DNA of 34,629 nt. Source: Eledone cirrhosa (lineage: Eukaryota). Of this stretch, positions 1-13,089 are shown piece after piece; within the stretch, counting starts at the first letter, position 1; each line of letters opens with the position of its first letter. The DNA is taken from NCBI GenBank assembly GCA_964016885.1, contig CAXHJY010000402.1, positions 1 through 34,629 of the forward strand, given 5' to 3'. The notes below the pieces were generated by a model that did not search any database, was not told the DNA's origin, and saw only the letters and a list, made by a program, of their open reading frames with translations. Position numbers and translations under genes: made by a program.

Positions 1-549
1 TGCATATGTTTCGTATTAATTCGTTCACTCATTCATTGCTTTACATTCTTACTCTGTATATATAATATATAAACTAACTAATCATGACAATCTTTTTCTC
101 AGTTAATTGCACCTCCCCACACACACAGCACACACACACGATGAGAGAGAGAGAGAGGGGGATGGGAAGGCGAGAAAGTAGAACGAGAAAGACAGAGAGT
201 GAAACATACAGTGAAAATATTTCGCAATATAGCAGGAGAAAAATGGTGGTGCTTAGGTGAAGAATAATCTAGAGATGGATGAACTAAAAACAAAAAAAAG
301 ATAATTAAATACCACAAATTTATTCTCAACATCAAACATACACTGTCTAAGCAGTGTAATCAAAACCAGTTTCGATATCCTCGGGATAGAAAGAAGATTG
401 TGTTTATTCGTCTTATTCGTCTGTAAACAATACGTCTGTTTCGAACTTTTTACTTCACTGCTTTTACTCCCCACTACAAATGCTATTCTCACGTATCGTG
501 TAAATTTGTTTTGTTGTTCAATCTATGCTTAAACGGAGGGACTCAGACG

Positions 550-1190
<641 letters not shown>

Positions 1191-2014
1191 CATGGTTGGG
1201 TACCTGCATGAGGAGTTTATATTCGTGTCTGTGCGAGCGCGATCATGTACCTGCATCTGCTTCCGTATGTACGTATGTATGTACATATGTATGCTTGAGT
1301 GTGCATTTATATGTGCGCTTGCATAACCTCGTGTGTATATATGTAAAGGTTTTTATGTGTAAGGTAAGAAGACGTCTAGGCAAAGCTAATAAATGTTTAT
1401 AAAGATGTTAGAAATCAAATAGCTAGGACTAATCAAAATAGAATTAAAAGTAATAGCCGGTGTAAAAATAAATGCAACTTTGCCATGTTCTTTTATCCGC
1501 AGTGTTCCTATATTTATTTCTATTATTCCCTGTTACTTTTTGCCGTTTTTTAAACGTTTTTTTCTTGCACACTTCCGATATTTACTTCAAACCATTTTGC
1601 TCTAACGTGCTTCACCGTTTCCCCACTTTTCTTAATGATCAATCAACAATTTATTTAGAGAATAAACGGTTTTTCCAATTGGAAATAATCGAATGTCGGC
1701 AACTGTCAACTCTCTTCTGATCCAATGACGAGGAAGCTCGATTGTATTTATATATTTGTGATGCTCTAAGACATAAAAAATCAACCAAGAAAAAGGAAAG
1801 AAATGCAAAAAATGGAGAAGTAAAAAAGCCAATTTTAGTTTTTATTTGATTATTTAGAAGAATGTTAGATTGGATTGTAAAGAAGAAAGCGAGATTTAAG
1901 TTGGAAGAATGCTACATAGACGCTATATTAAAGATTTATTGAAAAATTTGGTTAGTAAGAAAACTAGAACGCAGTTGTAGAAAAATCATTGCGTTTGACG
2001 TACTAGTTGTGAGT

Positions 2015-2180
2015 GAAGGTGTATGACTTACATGTTAGAGCATCCGACTGGGGATCGTAAGTTGATGAGTTCGATTCCTGTTGGCGTTTTGGGATTTTAA
2101 GCTAGATACTTTATTTCAGGTTTCTGGAGTCCACTCAGCTAGGTAAAAGCGATTATACCTGTAACTCAATTGCCAGCTTT
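2015..2180 (+). mobile_element. Old tRNA-derived SINE (second family)
   Basis: tRNA-like head with B box GAGTTCGATTCC (2066-2077) followed by gctagatactttatttca..gtccactcagct. Confidence 0.55.
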
Positions 2181-3237
2181 CTCATATAATGTGTTAATTC
2201 AAATGTTTACCTCTCATACGTTAATATTAAGACAAAAGTGTTCCATTCATCAACTAACTTGAACACCCGCCTTCTTAAACGAGGGCTACCCAAAAACTAG
2301 TGACATAATAGACCCAGGTCGGTTCTTCGTCCCTAAATACAAATCTTACGTTATTAATATCAAATAAAGTACACTTAATCACATGAGGGGGGGGGGGGGG
2401 GGTAATGTATCAGTACATTACTGGATTGACTCGTTCATTATCTTTATCTTTCTCAATTCATCTCTTTTGTTCTCTCTCTTACTGTCTCATTCTTTGAAGA
2501 AATTTGTAGAGGTATAGTTAAATACAGAGGCCTACAGAGTGTGTAGAAGTGCGTGATGTACATACCACACCGGTTTTTACCTCTGATTTTTCTCTCCGTA
2601 TTTGCACTTGTTAAACGAAGATTATTCTCGTCTCCTCGTCATTATAGGACTGAAAGATAAAAGTTATCGATTGTATTCATTTCAGATTTCTGAAAATGTG
2701 TAAGGTCATATGATTTGTTTTCTTACTCAATATAACGAATACCCCAACTAGATTATCGAATACCCGACATTAAGACAGTAAGTCAATGTCACTTACCCAC
2801 TAGTCCACGTACATTCAATGAAATTAATCAAATATTATTTACCATGGAATTCAGAGAGAGGGTATGTTGGTCTATTAAACGTATTTCGAAATCTAGAATT
2901 GGATGTATAATGAGTTAGATGATTTCAGCAGTATATAATAGATTTAAAGCTATTTTCTCTTTTACTCATTTTCTCATTAAAATTGAAGTTAATTTAGTGA
3001 TGCGTTAACATTTCTTAATCACTCACATAACAGAACTGATATCTTTTTTTTCTTCTTTGAAAAGAAAGAACAAATAAAATAAAATAAAACCTATTAAGAC
3101 GTTTTACCTGTTGTGAATACTATGCTGGAATATTTACCAAAATCTAGACGAGTAATTAAACGGAGTTAATTTGATCTCTGTAAATTAAATAATCTTCTAC
3201 GCAAAATAGTGTAATGTTATTTCTTGACTATATATCA

Positions 3238-3330
3238 TTTTACTCTTTTACTAGTATCATTCATTAGACTACGGCCATGTTGGTGCAATCGTTTCCACCA
3301 ATTTAATCGATTAGATTGACTCCTGTGCCA
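3238..3330 (-). mobile_element. 3' end fragment of a related octopus-type SINE
   Basis: tttactcttttactagtatcattcattagactacggccatgttggtgca resembles a SINE terminus I recall from octopus genomes (tttactcttttacttgtttcagtcat..gactgcggccatgctggagca). Recall only, not searched. Confidence 0.5.
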
Positions 3331-3356
3331 AAAAGTGACTGTTATTTTCTTTATAA

Positions 3357-3636
3357 TGGATTGGCAGTATCGGTTAGGTGTCAGACATCATACTTTGCAG
3401 CATAGAGTTATGGCCATTTACGTTCTGAGTTCAAATCATACCGAGGTGCTACATTACCTATACAGCGTGCTGCATTACCTATACAGCCTTATTTGATCTG
3501 TTAGTTATGGCTCTTTACGTTCTGAATTCAAAGCTCCCCAGATTAACTTTGTCTTTCATCCTTAGGGGGTCACTACAATAAAATTCCAGTAACGCACTGG
3601 GATAATTGCTGGCCTTGTGCCAAAAGTAGAAAGAGT
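3357..3636 (+). mobile_element. Same SINE family, compound copy with duplicated B-box segment
   Basis: Head tggattggcagtatcgg. The segment agttatggc..tttacgttctgarttcaaa occurs twice, separated by a 21-bp tandem duplication. Core tctttcatccttagggggtc and end aattgctggccttgtgcc. Confidence 0.8.
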
Positions 3637-3671
3637 TATTTTCTTTATAGACCATTGAAATATTGTTTTAC

Positions 3672-3870
3672 TACGAAATACGGCGGAACAGTTTATAGGC
3701 TGACTATGATTGAGTGATGCTCTAGCTGTGAAATCTTGCATGCATTAATTTGAACCCTTCTTATAAATATGTGCATTGTTTCTTTCCAGGAAATATGTTG
3801 AATCATAAACCTTATTTTGTCATTCTATTAGATTGTATTGGTGAGCCTATGAACTTTTTGAACCCTTCAG
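3672..3870. mobile_element. Degenerate mariner-type MITE
   Basis: aacagtttataggctgac near the left end is inverted relative to gtgagcctatgaactttt near the right end. Left end begins tacga. Confidence 0.45.
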
Positions 3871-4653
3871 ACGAGCCTCATATTCAGTAATTTTAACGAA
3901 TTCGTGGATGTACGAGTTCACGACAGGGATTGGCAAGATTTTTCCAAGACACAGATATCTGTAAAACGAATCTAAATAGAAGTTCTTATAATTGTATATT
4001 CTTTAATATATACTCAACTGGATTTATAATTAATAGTTGTTTGCAGCCTGAGACGAAACCACACCAGACCGGTTTGAATTTAAACGTACTTTAAATATAT
4101 TCTCCACGTTCAACGAAGAATCGCACACGAGAAATCCGAGTAGAGACTCTCTCTCTCTCTCTCTCTCTCTGCATATATATATATGTGTGTGTGTGTAGGT
4201 GAGAAATTTTGACGTAAACAACCATGATCAATAACACACAGACACACAAACAAACACACACACACACACGTATATATAAACATACATATGTATATATGTA
4301 TGCTTGTATATATTTTTGAAAATACCCATCTGCATAGTACCTGAAACTTAACATGCTAGTATACACACGTAAACGCGTATATATACACACATTTAAAATA
4401 AAATATAAAAAAACTTCCATGTAATGAGATAAAAGAAAAAAAAACTTAAAATACAGAAAAGTACGTAAATTGCTAACAAGACGGTTTTTTAAACATCTTC
4501 AAAAATGTTGTATCTTCATTTCTGCAACGAAGACAACCATTTTAGCAATCTGCTCAGCTATTTTCTTTGAAGTGCTCATGTAGACCGATTTTTTTTTTCT
4601 TTTATCGACTGCATATAGATTGTAGTATACTTATAGATTTTAGTGTGTTTGTT

Positions 4654-4893
<240 letters not shown>

Positions 4894-4895
<2 letters not shown>

Positions 4896-5088
4896 CGAAG
4901 GAAATGTGGTAAGGAACCAGGTGGACCATAACGCACCAAAGTACTGAATACTTAGAGTAGTAGAGTGGGTAATAGGAACGAGTAGGACCCCGACGGTTGA
5001 GCTCAACCCGTTTCGACAGTTAATTCTGGACTAGAATTAGCCGTCGAAACGGCTTGAGCTCAGCCGTCGGGGTCCTACTCGTTCCTAT
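4894..5088. mobile_element. TA-flanked foldback insert: tail plus 117-bp palindrome with hammerhead 3' half
   Basis: Arms 4972-5029 and 5031-5088 (5 mismatches in 58) centred on 5030. The right arm has GAAA-CGGC-TTGAGCTCA-GCCG-TC. Tail 4894-4971. (TA)n on both sides. Confidence 0.6.
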
Positions 5089-5659
5089 ATATATATATAT
5101 ATATATATATCATATTATTGTTGTTATTAATATTATTATTATTATTGTCATAATTGTCATCTACAGTACTAGATCCGTTTCATTCGTAAGAAATCATCAA
5201 AAATGTTCTGATGATTTTTCTGATATTGCTATGGTGTCTTGGGGCGATGCAACATCAGGCCAAATCCCACCGAGGTTGCCTTTCCTCTTATAGGGTGAAC
5301 ACATTAATATAGCAGATACAATTTTCACAAATGAATGCCATTGTATTTCGAAGTTATTTGTCTAAATTCCTCATCTCGAAAATCTATTGAGTATCTTACT
5401 TACCGAGGTTACCCCCGATTGAATTCGGGATTTGCTCAAACACTGACAGAGACACCGACACACATACACCGACACACATACACACAGACAGACACACACA
5501 TACACACATACACACACACACATATATGCACACACACACACGAACACACACATTCATATATGTATATATATATATATATATATATAAAGAAAAAGGGATG
5601 AAATCAAAAATGCGACTGAAGTCTTATTTTTTTTTTAAAATATATATATTTATTTGGTT

Positions 5660-5697
5660 CCTTTACCGGTTTCGCAGTTCTTCTGCTTTTCAAAAGG
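5660..5697 (-). ncRNA. Minimal type I hammerhead ribozyme motif, U3-A8 core variant
   Basis: Minus strand reads CCTT-TTGAAAA-GCAG-AAGAA-CTGC-GAAA-CCGG-TA-AAGG: stem I CCTT/AAGG, perfect stem II GCAG/CTGC, GAAA, palindromic stem III ACCGGT, GUA cleavage triplet. Confidence 0.7.
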
Positions 5698-5763
5698 TGA
5701 GTTGAGATGGAGGGTCTGTGGTTTTTCTCACATCTGAGACCACAGACCCTCCATCTCAACTCA

Positions 5764-5801
5764 CCTTTTGAAAAGCAGAAGAACTACGAAACCGGTAAAG
5801 G
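5764..5801 (+). ncRNA. Minimal type I hammerhead ribozyme motif, mirror copy of 5660-5697
   Basis: CCTT-TTGAAAA-GCAG-AAGAA-CTAC-GAAA-CCGG-TA-AAGG, with one mismatch in stem II. AATAAA follows at 5807-5812. Confidence 0.65.
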
Positions 5802-5932
5802 AACCAAATAAATATATATATTTTAAAAAAAAATAAGACTTCAGTTGCATTTTCGATTTCATCCCTTTTTCTTTATACTTCCACTCGTGTAGGACACCTC
5901 GGTTATTTTTCATTTTGTAAAAAAAACCTCAC

Positions 5933-6015
<83 letters not shown>

Positions 6016-6044
6016 TACACAACAATTAATATATATATATATCT

Positions 6045-6146
6045 AATATAGAAATGGCTTCTACAGGAATATATTAAATATTTATACACTGCTATGTATT
6101 GAGTACCTTACTTACAGTGGTTACACCTCATTGAACCAGGGATAAA

Positions 6147-6147
<1 letters not shown>
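6045..6147 (-). mobile_element. Second, internally shortened copy of the 20383-20535 family, TA-flanked
   Basis: Reverse complement gtttatccctggttcaatgaggtgtaaccactgtaagtaaggtactcaatacatagcagtgtataaatatttaata...gtagaagccatttctatatt aligns with both ends of 20383-20535. Confidence 0.6.
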
Positions 6148-6209
<62 letters not shown>

Positions 6210-6215
6210 CCATTA

Positions 6216-6253
6216 CGAGCTGAGGAACCGCTAAGGTGAAACAATTATTCTCG
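6216..6253 (+). ncRNA. Minimal type I hammerhead ribozyme motif (one apparent substitution in stem III)
   Basis: CGAG-CTGAGGA-ACC-GCTAA-GGT-GAAA-CAATTA-TT-CTCG: canonical core, stem I CGAG/CTCG, stem II ACC/GGT. CAATTA is one base from the palindrome CAATTG. Confidence 0.65.
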
Positions 6254-6348
6254 GTACGGTAAACTAACTGTTGTGTAACCACTTCCACCTAACTCGTCCC
6301 ATGGACTGGGTGCTCTACCACTACGGATAATACCGTGCACTGTTCTAC

Positions 6349-6407
<59 letters not shown>

Positions 6408-6413
<6 letters not shown>

Positions 6414-6577
6414 AATTCCGTTATAAAGAAATTCACGGGGTATTACATTCGTTGTAACGAAGTATCTTTATAAATAGATCGATCAAACACACCGAGCATG
6501 TGGATGGGAATTGAAGAAAAATTTCATTATACTGAAAATTCGCTATGATGGTATTCGTTAAAACGAGATTTTACCTG
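6408..6577. mobile_element. Tc1/mariner (pogo/Tigger-like) MITE
   Basis: Left end tagtgaaattccgttataaagaa versus reverse-complemented right end caggtaaaatctcgttttaacgaa. TA on both sides. Confidence 0.55.
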
Positions 6578-7656
<1,079 letters not shown>

Positions 7657-8204
7657 CCAATATTATCAAGCTGAGCCAAAATTATATCTTACTCTATCGG
7701 TCTAGATAGACATTGATTGCATTCTAGAGTAAGAGGGATTTATCCTCTTAGCTTGAAAGCAATTTCACCTCGCTAATAACAGATCTGATCGATCGATTCA
7801 GCAATCGATTTAACATAATGCCATATTTTCCTTGCTTAACGTCGAGTGTTTCTTTTATAATTTTACTTCATTTACATTGGGAGCAATCAGCTGCTACTTA
7901 CACACATCCATACAATGTAATCTATACAGAGTGCTGAGAAATCATTAGCATGAAACACATAAAGACGTAGAGTCACAGACGGGAGAAAGGAAGAAAACAT
8001 CAACAGCAATATATACAAGTATATATCACACCACATATATATCTAGATACTTGTACACATATACATAAGTACTATATCTACAGGCGTATGGACCTCATCG
8101 TGCCATACACTCATTCACACTTATACAAACGCACCTACAGGCATAAAGCTAATATGCATTGAATGTTCACCATGTTCTTCTTACAGGAATAAACAACGTA
8201 TATG

Positions 8205-8539
8205 GGTATGTACATATATATATATGTATGTTTGTATATATATATTCATACATATATATATATATATGTATGTTTGTATATATATATTCATACATATATA
8301 TATATATGTATGTTTGTATACATATATGTAAAAATACATATATATGTATGTGTGTATAAATATATATTTATACATACATATATATATGTTTGTATATATA
8401 AATATTTATACATGCATATATATGTATGTGTGTATATATATATATTTATACATACATATATATATATATATGTATATAAATTTGTATATATATATATATA
8501 CTTATACATACATGTACATGTATGTTTGTATATTATATT

Positions 8540-8580
<41 letters not shown>

Positions 8581-8624
8581 TATACATTCATATATAAGTG
8601 TGTTTATATATATAAGTATGTTTA

Positions 8625-8676
<52 letters not shown>

Positions 8677-8690
8677 TGAGAGAGAGATAT
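8205..8690. repeat. Degenerate TA/TG/CA microsatellite
   Basis: Directly visible, with repeated tatgtatgtttgtata units. Confidence 0.9.
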
Positions 8691-9383
8691 ACATGCATAC
8701 ACGCAATACTTAGAAGCAATACATATGAAAATCCCATACACACATATATAAGGATTATATATATGCCTAGAGATGTGTGTACAACCAAATTGAAAAAGCA
8801 ATCAGTACATATTTATTAACCTTTTGACTTATTCCTACATTAGCAATGATTACTATACCTATCTCTGCCGAACCACCAATACCAATAAGATAAGCTCTTA
8901 AACCATATTTACCTACAATATGGCTATTGACTTGTTCTCGTATATAACCTCAATTTCCCCCACAACTTCCTTCCCTTTAAATATATTGTCCCTTAAGAAA
9001 ACATGCCTTTGGCATTACCAAGACATTTCGCTAGGCAATGGGAGTAGGTTAGTGTAGGAAGCAACACCATTGTCCTTCAAAACCCTACCACTCTTCTATC
9101 TCTACTACACCTTATGTGTGGTAAAACTCCAAACGTACCAGTAGTTTATTGTCGTAGAATCATGCTGTACAGCTATTAAAGTCTGTATGTTGAACCAAGG
9201 AAACCTTGTCCTTGTTTTTGTGGAGACGGTTTAAAACAATGTGAGACATATAAACTGCTTCCATATGGGCTTATATAGTGACATATGCTGGTGCGACTCG
9301 ACTCGTGTACAATTATTTTATTTTGCGGCCGTTAAGCTAACGGGGAAAAGAATATGCCGCGTGCTTTACCAAACTTCACTCAT

Positions 9384-9565
9384 AATTGTTTCTAATTTAG
9401 ACACAAGGCCAGCAATTACCCAGTGCATTACTGGTACTTTATTTTGTCGACCCCGTAAGGATGAAAGGCAAAGTCAACCTCGGCGGTTTTTGAACTCAGC
9501 TCTTAAAGGGACGTAACTATGCTGGAAAGCATGGCGTCCGACCCTCTACCGATTCTGCCAATCCA
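9384..9565 (-). mobile_element. tRNA-derived SINE with Deu/Nin-type core, near full length
   Basis: Minus strand has A box TGGCAGAATCGG, B-box-like GAGTTCAAAAACC, core GCCTTTCATCCTTACGGGGTCGA..AAATAAAGTACCAG and end AATTGCTGGCCTTGTG..TAGAAACAATT. Five more copies in the window. Confidence 0.9.
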
Positions 9566-9900
9566 CAAACATTACTCATAATATTACCCACATATTTCTA
9601 TTCTTAATCGACTCTGCAATGCATTTTCAATGATATCACTAAGAGTTCAAATCCAGATCGTTGAACAAAAGGAATGCACACTTTACGAAATAAAATCTAC
9701 ATCATTCTCAACTTAGCAATATAAGCTATCACTCCTTGCTCACATACACACATCTGCACATACATATATACTTATAGATTGTGTTTCTGTGGCTCAAAGA
9801 GTTCTTAACACACACACATATACAAACACTCTCACCAACACGCTGGGACTAACTGTTGAAAATGCAAGAGCTCAGCCGTCAGTGTCCCGAACTTTCATAC

Positions 9901-9959
<59 letters not shown>

Positions 9960-9961
<2 letters not shown>

Positions 9962-10036
9962 GGGTGTAACAAAAAATGTATAGACGGTTTGATTAGAACG
10001 CTGTTGAAGCGTGTATACATTTTTGGAGACACCGTG
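9960..10036. mobile_element. Tc1/mariner-type MITE (~77 bp)
   Basis: Imperfect ~27-bp TIRs cagggtgtaacaaaaaatgtatagacg / cgtgtatacatttttggagacaccgtg, followed by TA and abutting (TA)n. Confidence 0.65.
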
Positions 10037-11288
10037 TATACACACGCACACATATCTATATATAATATATATAATATATAATATAATATATGTGTGGCTG
10101 GGTGTAGAGTTGTATGTGTGATTGTGTGTATGTGCATTACGATTTTTATAATTCGACCTTAATAGTTCGTTGATGTAGGAAGTTACGATAGACGGGTTAG
10201 AAATCATACTGCGAAAATACTCAAAGTATTGGTTTATGTTCTCAACTGAATATTTTATACTAAATATATACTAGTAAATATTGCTAACCTAACATAACAT
10301 CGGAATTGACATCTTCGTTCCGGTAATATTCTTGCTGACATTTACTTACTGAGAAATCTTCCCTGGGTGTGTTGATGAACACGATAACATTTAAGATCAA
10401 AATCATCATCAACATCAACATCATAACCTTTTTTCTGCTGATGAAGAAGACACGCAGGTTAATGCTACTAATAATACAAATTGCAGTTACTATGATGGAA
10501 AGAAGAAAACAAGATGCTAATGAGTACAGTTATTGATTTAATCAACTATACCCCACCCCTAAAATGTACTGGCAAAATGTTTTTATGGTATATAATTAAA
10601 TTAACTTAACATTCTGAGTTCACATCTTTGAAGATGTTGAGTTTCCGGAATGAAATGCTACCCTACAGAAAATTGCTAAAAGGTTTCTAAAAGAAGCAAG
10701 CCTAAACTTTGTGCGTTGTGAATTCTGGAAAGCGCAAATGTCCTTCGTATTTTGGCGTGGGGGAAGTGTGTCCTAATGTGTCATAGGAGAGGGATTCTAT
10801 TTTGACAAGCATATTTAACTAAACACTGGTGCGTGCCAACACAGATATGCGCACTCACAAAATGAAGGTTGAGAAATTCTCAGGGAGCCCTACTGCTTAG
10901 AAACTTAATAGTATATTGAACATCAACGTAATTGAATTGATAATCCAATAAATTCTATCTAATTGATATTAAACATTTACTCGTGGGGGCAGTAATTATC
11001 TAAATGAATAATTCTAGTCAAAACGGCAGGTGAGATTAACTCCCAAAATTAATTAATATTAATGGATTATGTAAATATATAGCGGAATCAGTCTGATTTT
11101 AGAAGTACAGTGATAACTCTAGATATGTTTCGGTCTTATTACACCTCCTCGGTGAAACCATCTAGCCATCACTGTAGATGTAAACGAAATATATTGAGTA
11201 GAATAGAATTAACTGAAGCTGCGTAAATATGTATATGCCAAACATAAGTATTTTCCAGTAAATTGCCAGGTTTATAAGTCTATATAAT

Positions 11289-11472
11289 AATTGTTTCTTC
11301 ATTTGGCAGAAGGCCAGCAATTACCAAGTGTATTACTGGTACTTTAATTTATCAATCCCGTAAGGATGAAAAGCAAAGTTAACCGCGTCGGGATTTGAAC
11401 TCAGACAATAAAGGACCGTAACTCTTTGCTGCAAAGCATGGCGTCCGAGCCTCTACCGATACTGCAAATCCA
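11289..11472 (-). mobile_element. Same SINE family, near full length
   Basis: Colinear with 9384-9565 (aaggccagcaattacc...cccgtaaggatgaaa...gggatttgaactcag...ctctaccgatactgc). Confidence 0.9.
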
Positions 11473-11827
11473 CCGGTGTATATTTATATACACATTTAAG
11501 AACTTTCGCATACATCTTCTCTGTATATATACATACAAATAGATATATATATTTATATATATATTAAAATAACAGATTAAAGTTTTAGCAAAGAATCGGT
11601 GCTTTCACCCTTAACGGGACCTTCTGAAATTAGTCTTAAAATGTATTATTATTACTATATATATCTTCTCCCCATTTTTTCATATATATATATATATATA
11701 TATATATGTATCTCTCTCTCTATATATATATTTTATATATATCTGTGTGTGTTTGTGTGTGCCTGTGTATGTATGCATTTATGCATATAAATGACTGTGT
11801 GTATATACATATATGTATTAATGCATA

Positions 11828-11889
<62 letters not shown>

Positions 11890-12384
11890 TATATATATGT
11901 TTATATATAGATATACAGATACACACACGCTGCACATATCTATCACCCTATTTTTTAGTCTTTTGGTTTGGGTTGATTTTGATGAAGTTAACTTGTCGAT
12001 TTACGACTCCACCTGCTATTCCGTACTTTACAGAGTTCATAGTATTGTTATATGTGGAACTAATGTATATCGACCTAATGGGAAGTGTAAACAGCCTGCT
12101 TGTCAAAATGGTGAAAAATATTTGAAGAAATTCTGAAATATATTTCTTGGTGTTATTATTGGAAGTCTTTTATTATCGAAACAATTATATTACCCTAAAC
12201 CAACCAATATTCAATACTGTAAATGTTTTCATGGACCACGATCGATTCTGAAGCTAAGTTGCTCCAGTTGTTTCATCAAAGGAATACGTATCCTGCTTGA
12301 GGATTTTACATGGTAGTGCCTGGGCATTCCATAGTCTTTCGATGTAAGCTGAATGTAATTCTAAGAGAGATTCTGTGTGTTTGA

Positions 12385-12725
12385 CGACTGTCAGGCCGCT
12401 TCCTCCTCTCACCGGTCGCCGTCGAAACCTCAGGCGTGTTGGGACCCAGTACTGCCGAGCTCGTCCGCAAGATTGGAACGTCCGTGACCCGGCTCAGGAA
12501 GGAGCCCTCTGAGGTGGGGTGGCTATTGTATCGGGTGTCGCTGGCCCTAGTCCACGGAAATGCTTTTGCGTTCTCGCCCGTGGGGCACAGCCTCAATACC
12601 ACCACAGCCTAGGCCCTGATGCCATAACCGTCCCACCTTCTCCCTCGCCATTTTTCTGTGAGACTAGAGCCCTTAACTCTCCCTCCCTTTTCCGATTTCC
12701 TTACCACAAAATATACTTGAATAAA
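12385..12725 (+). mobile_element. 3' fragment of a CRE-like non-LTR retrotransposon (C-terminal part of the restriction-like endonuclease domain plus 3' UTR)
   Basis: GC-rich island. The ATG-less frame 12385-12612 reads RLSGRFLLSPVAVETSGVLGPSTAELVRKIGTSVTRLRKEPSEVGWLLYRVSLALVHGNAFAFSPVGHSLNTTTA*, matching the P-x-A-x-E-T-x-G...R-x-S-x-A-x-x-x-G-N-A signature of CRE-type RLE C-termini. AATAAA at 12720-12725. Confidence 0.75.
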
Positions 12726-12860
12726 AGACACTTGTAACTCTATATTGTATATTGAGTACCGTTTTTATTGCGTCGTTTCAATCACAGTTGCAGCTCATTT
12801 ATATCCATAGAATTGATAGTAGCTCTATGAATATAACACATATCATTATATAACAATATC

Positions 12861-12957
12861 GTTGACTTTGCCTTTCATCCTTACGGGGTCGATAAAATAA
12901 AGTACCAGTAATGCACTGGGTAATTGCTGGCCTTGTGCCTAACGTAGAAACAATTAC
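12861..12957 (+). mobile_element. Same SINE family, 5'-truncated, with target-site duplication
   Basis: Core and 3' end only. Direct repeat ataacaatatcgtt at 12850-12863 and 12958-12971. Confidence 0.9.
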
Positions 12958-13089
12958 ATAACAATATCGTTTCTTGTGTACCTTATCCACTAAAGCTCAC
13001 ACCTTCAAATTCTCTGTATGTTTTCTTATTTCTATTACTACATTAATGTTAGAAAGACAAACTAAAGCTTTTCGCTCAGTCTGTTCAAT

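Larger units (their letters stand above)
5583..5940. mobile_element. TA-flanked foldback insert (Penelope-like pLTR remnant candidate): ~140-bp inverted arms plus ~60-bp tail
   Basis: Arms 5583-5722 and 5739-5877 differ by 3 substitutions and 1 homopolymer indel, and each carries a hammerhead motif. Unique tail 5878-5940. (TA)n on both sides. Confidence 0.65.

Noticed and set aside
2387-2402. Poly-G run as a G-quadruplex element
   Set aside because: Isolated homopolymer with no functional context.
2581-2649. Minus-strand segment between acceptor-like and donor-like sites
   Set aside because: Stops in all three frames and no other support.
5161-5222. Minus-strand TTGATGA..GAAA hammerhead-like string and small inverted repeat aaatcatca/tgatgattt
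   Set aside because: No stem I or stem III pairing, so not distinguishable from chance.
12306-12737. Listed ORFs 12306-12605 (-) and 12519-12737 (+)
   Set aside because: Shadow frames of the CRE-like fragment; the meaningful frame is 12385-12612 (+).
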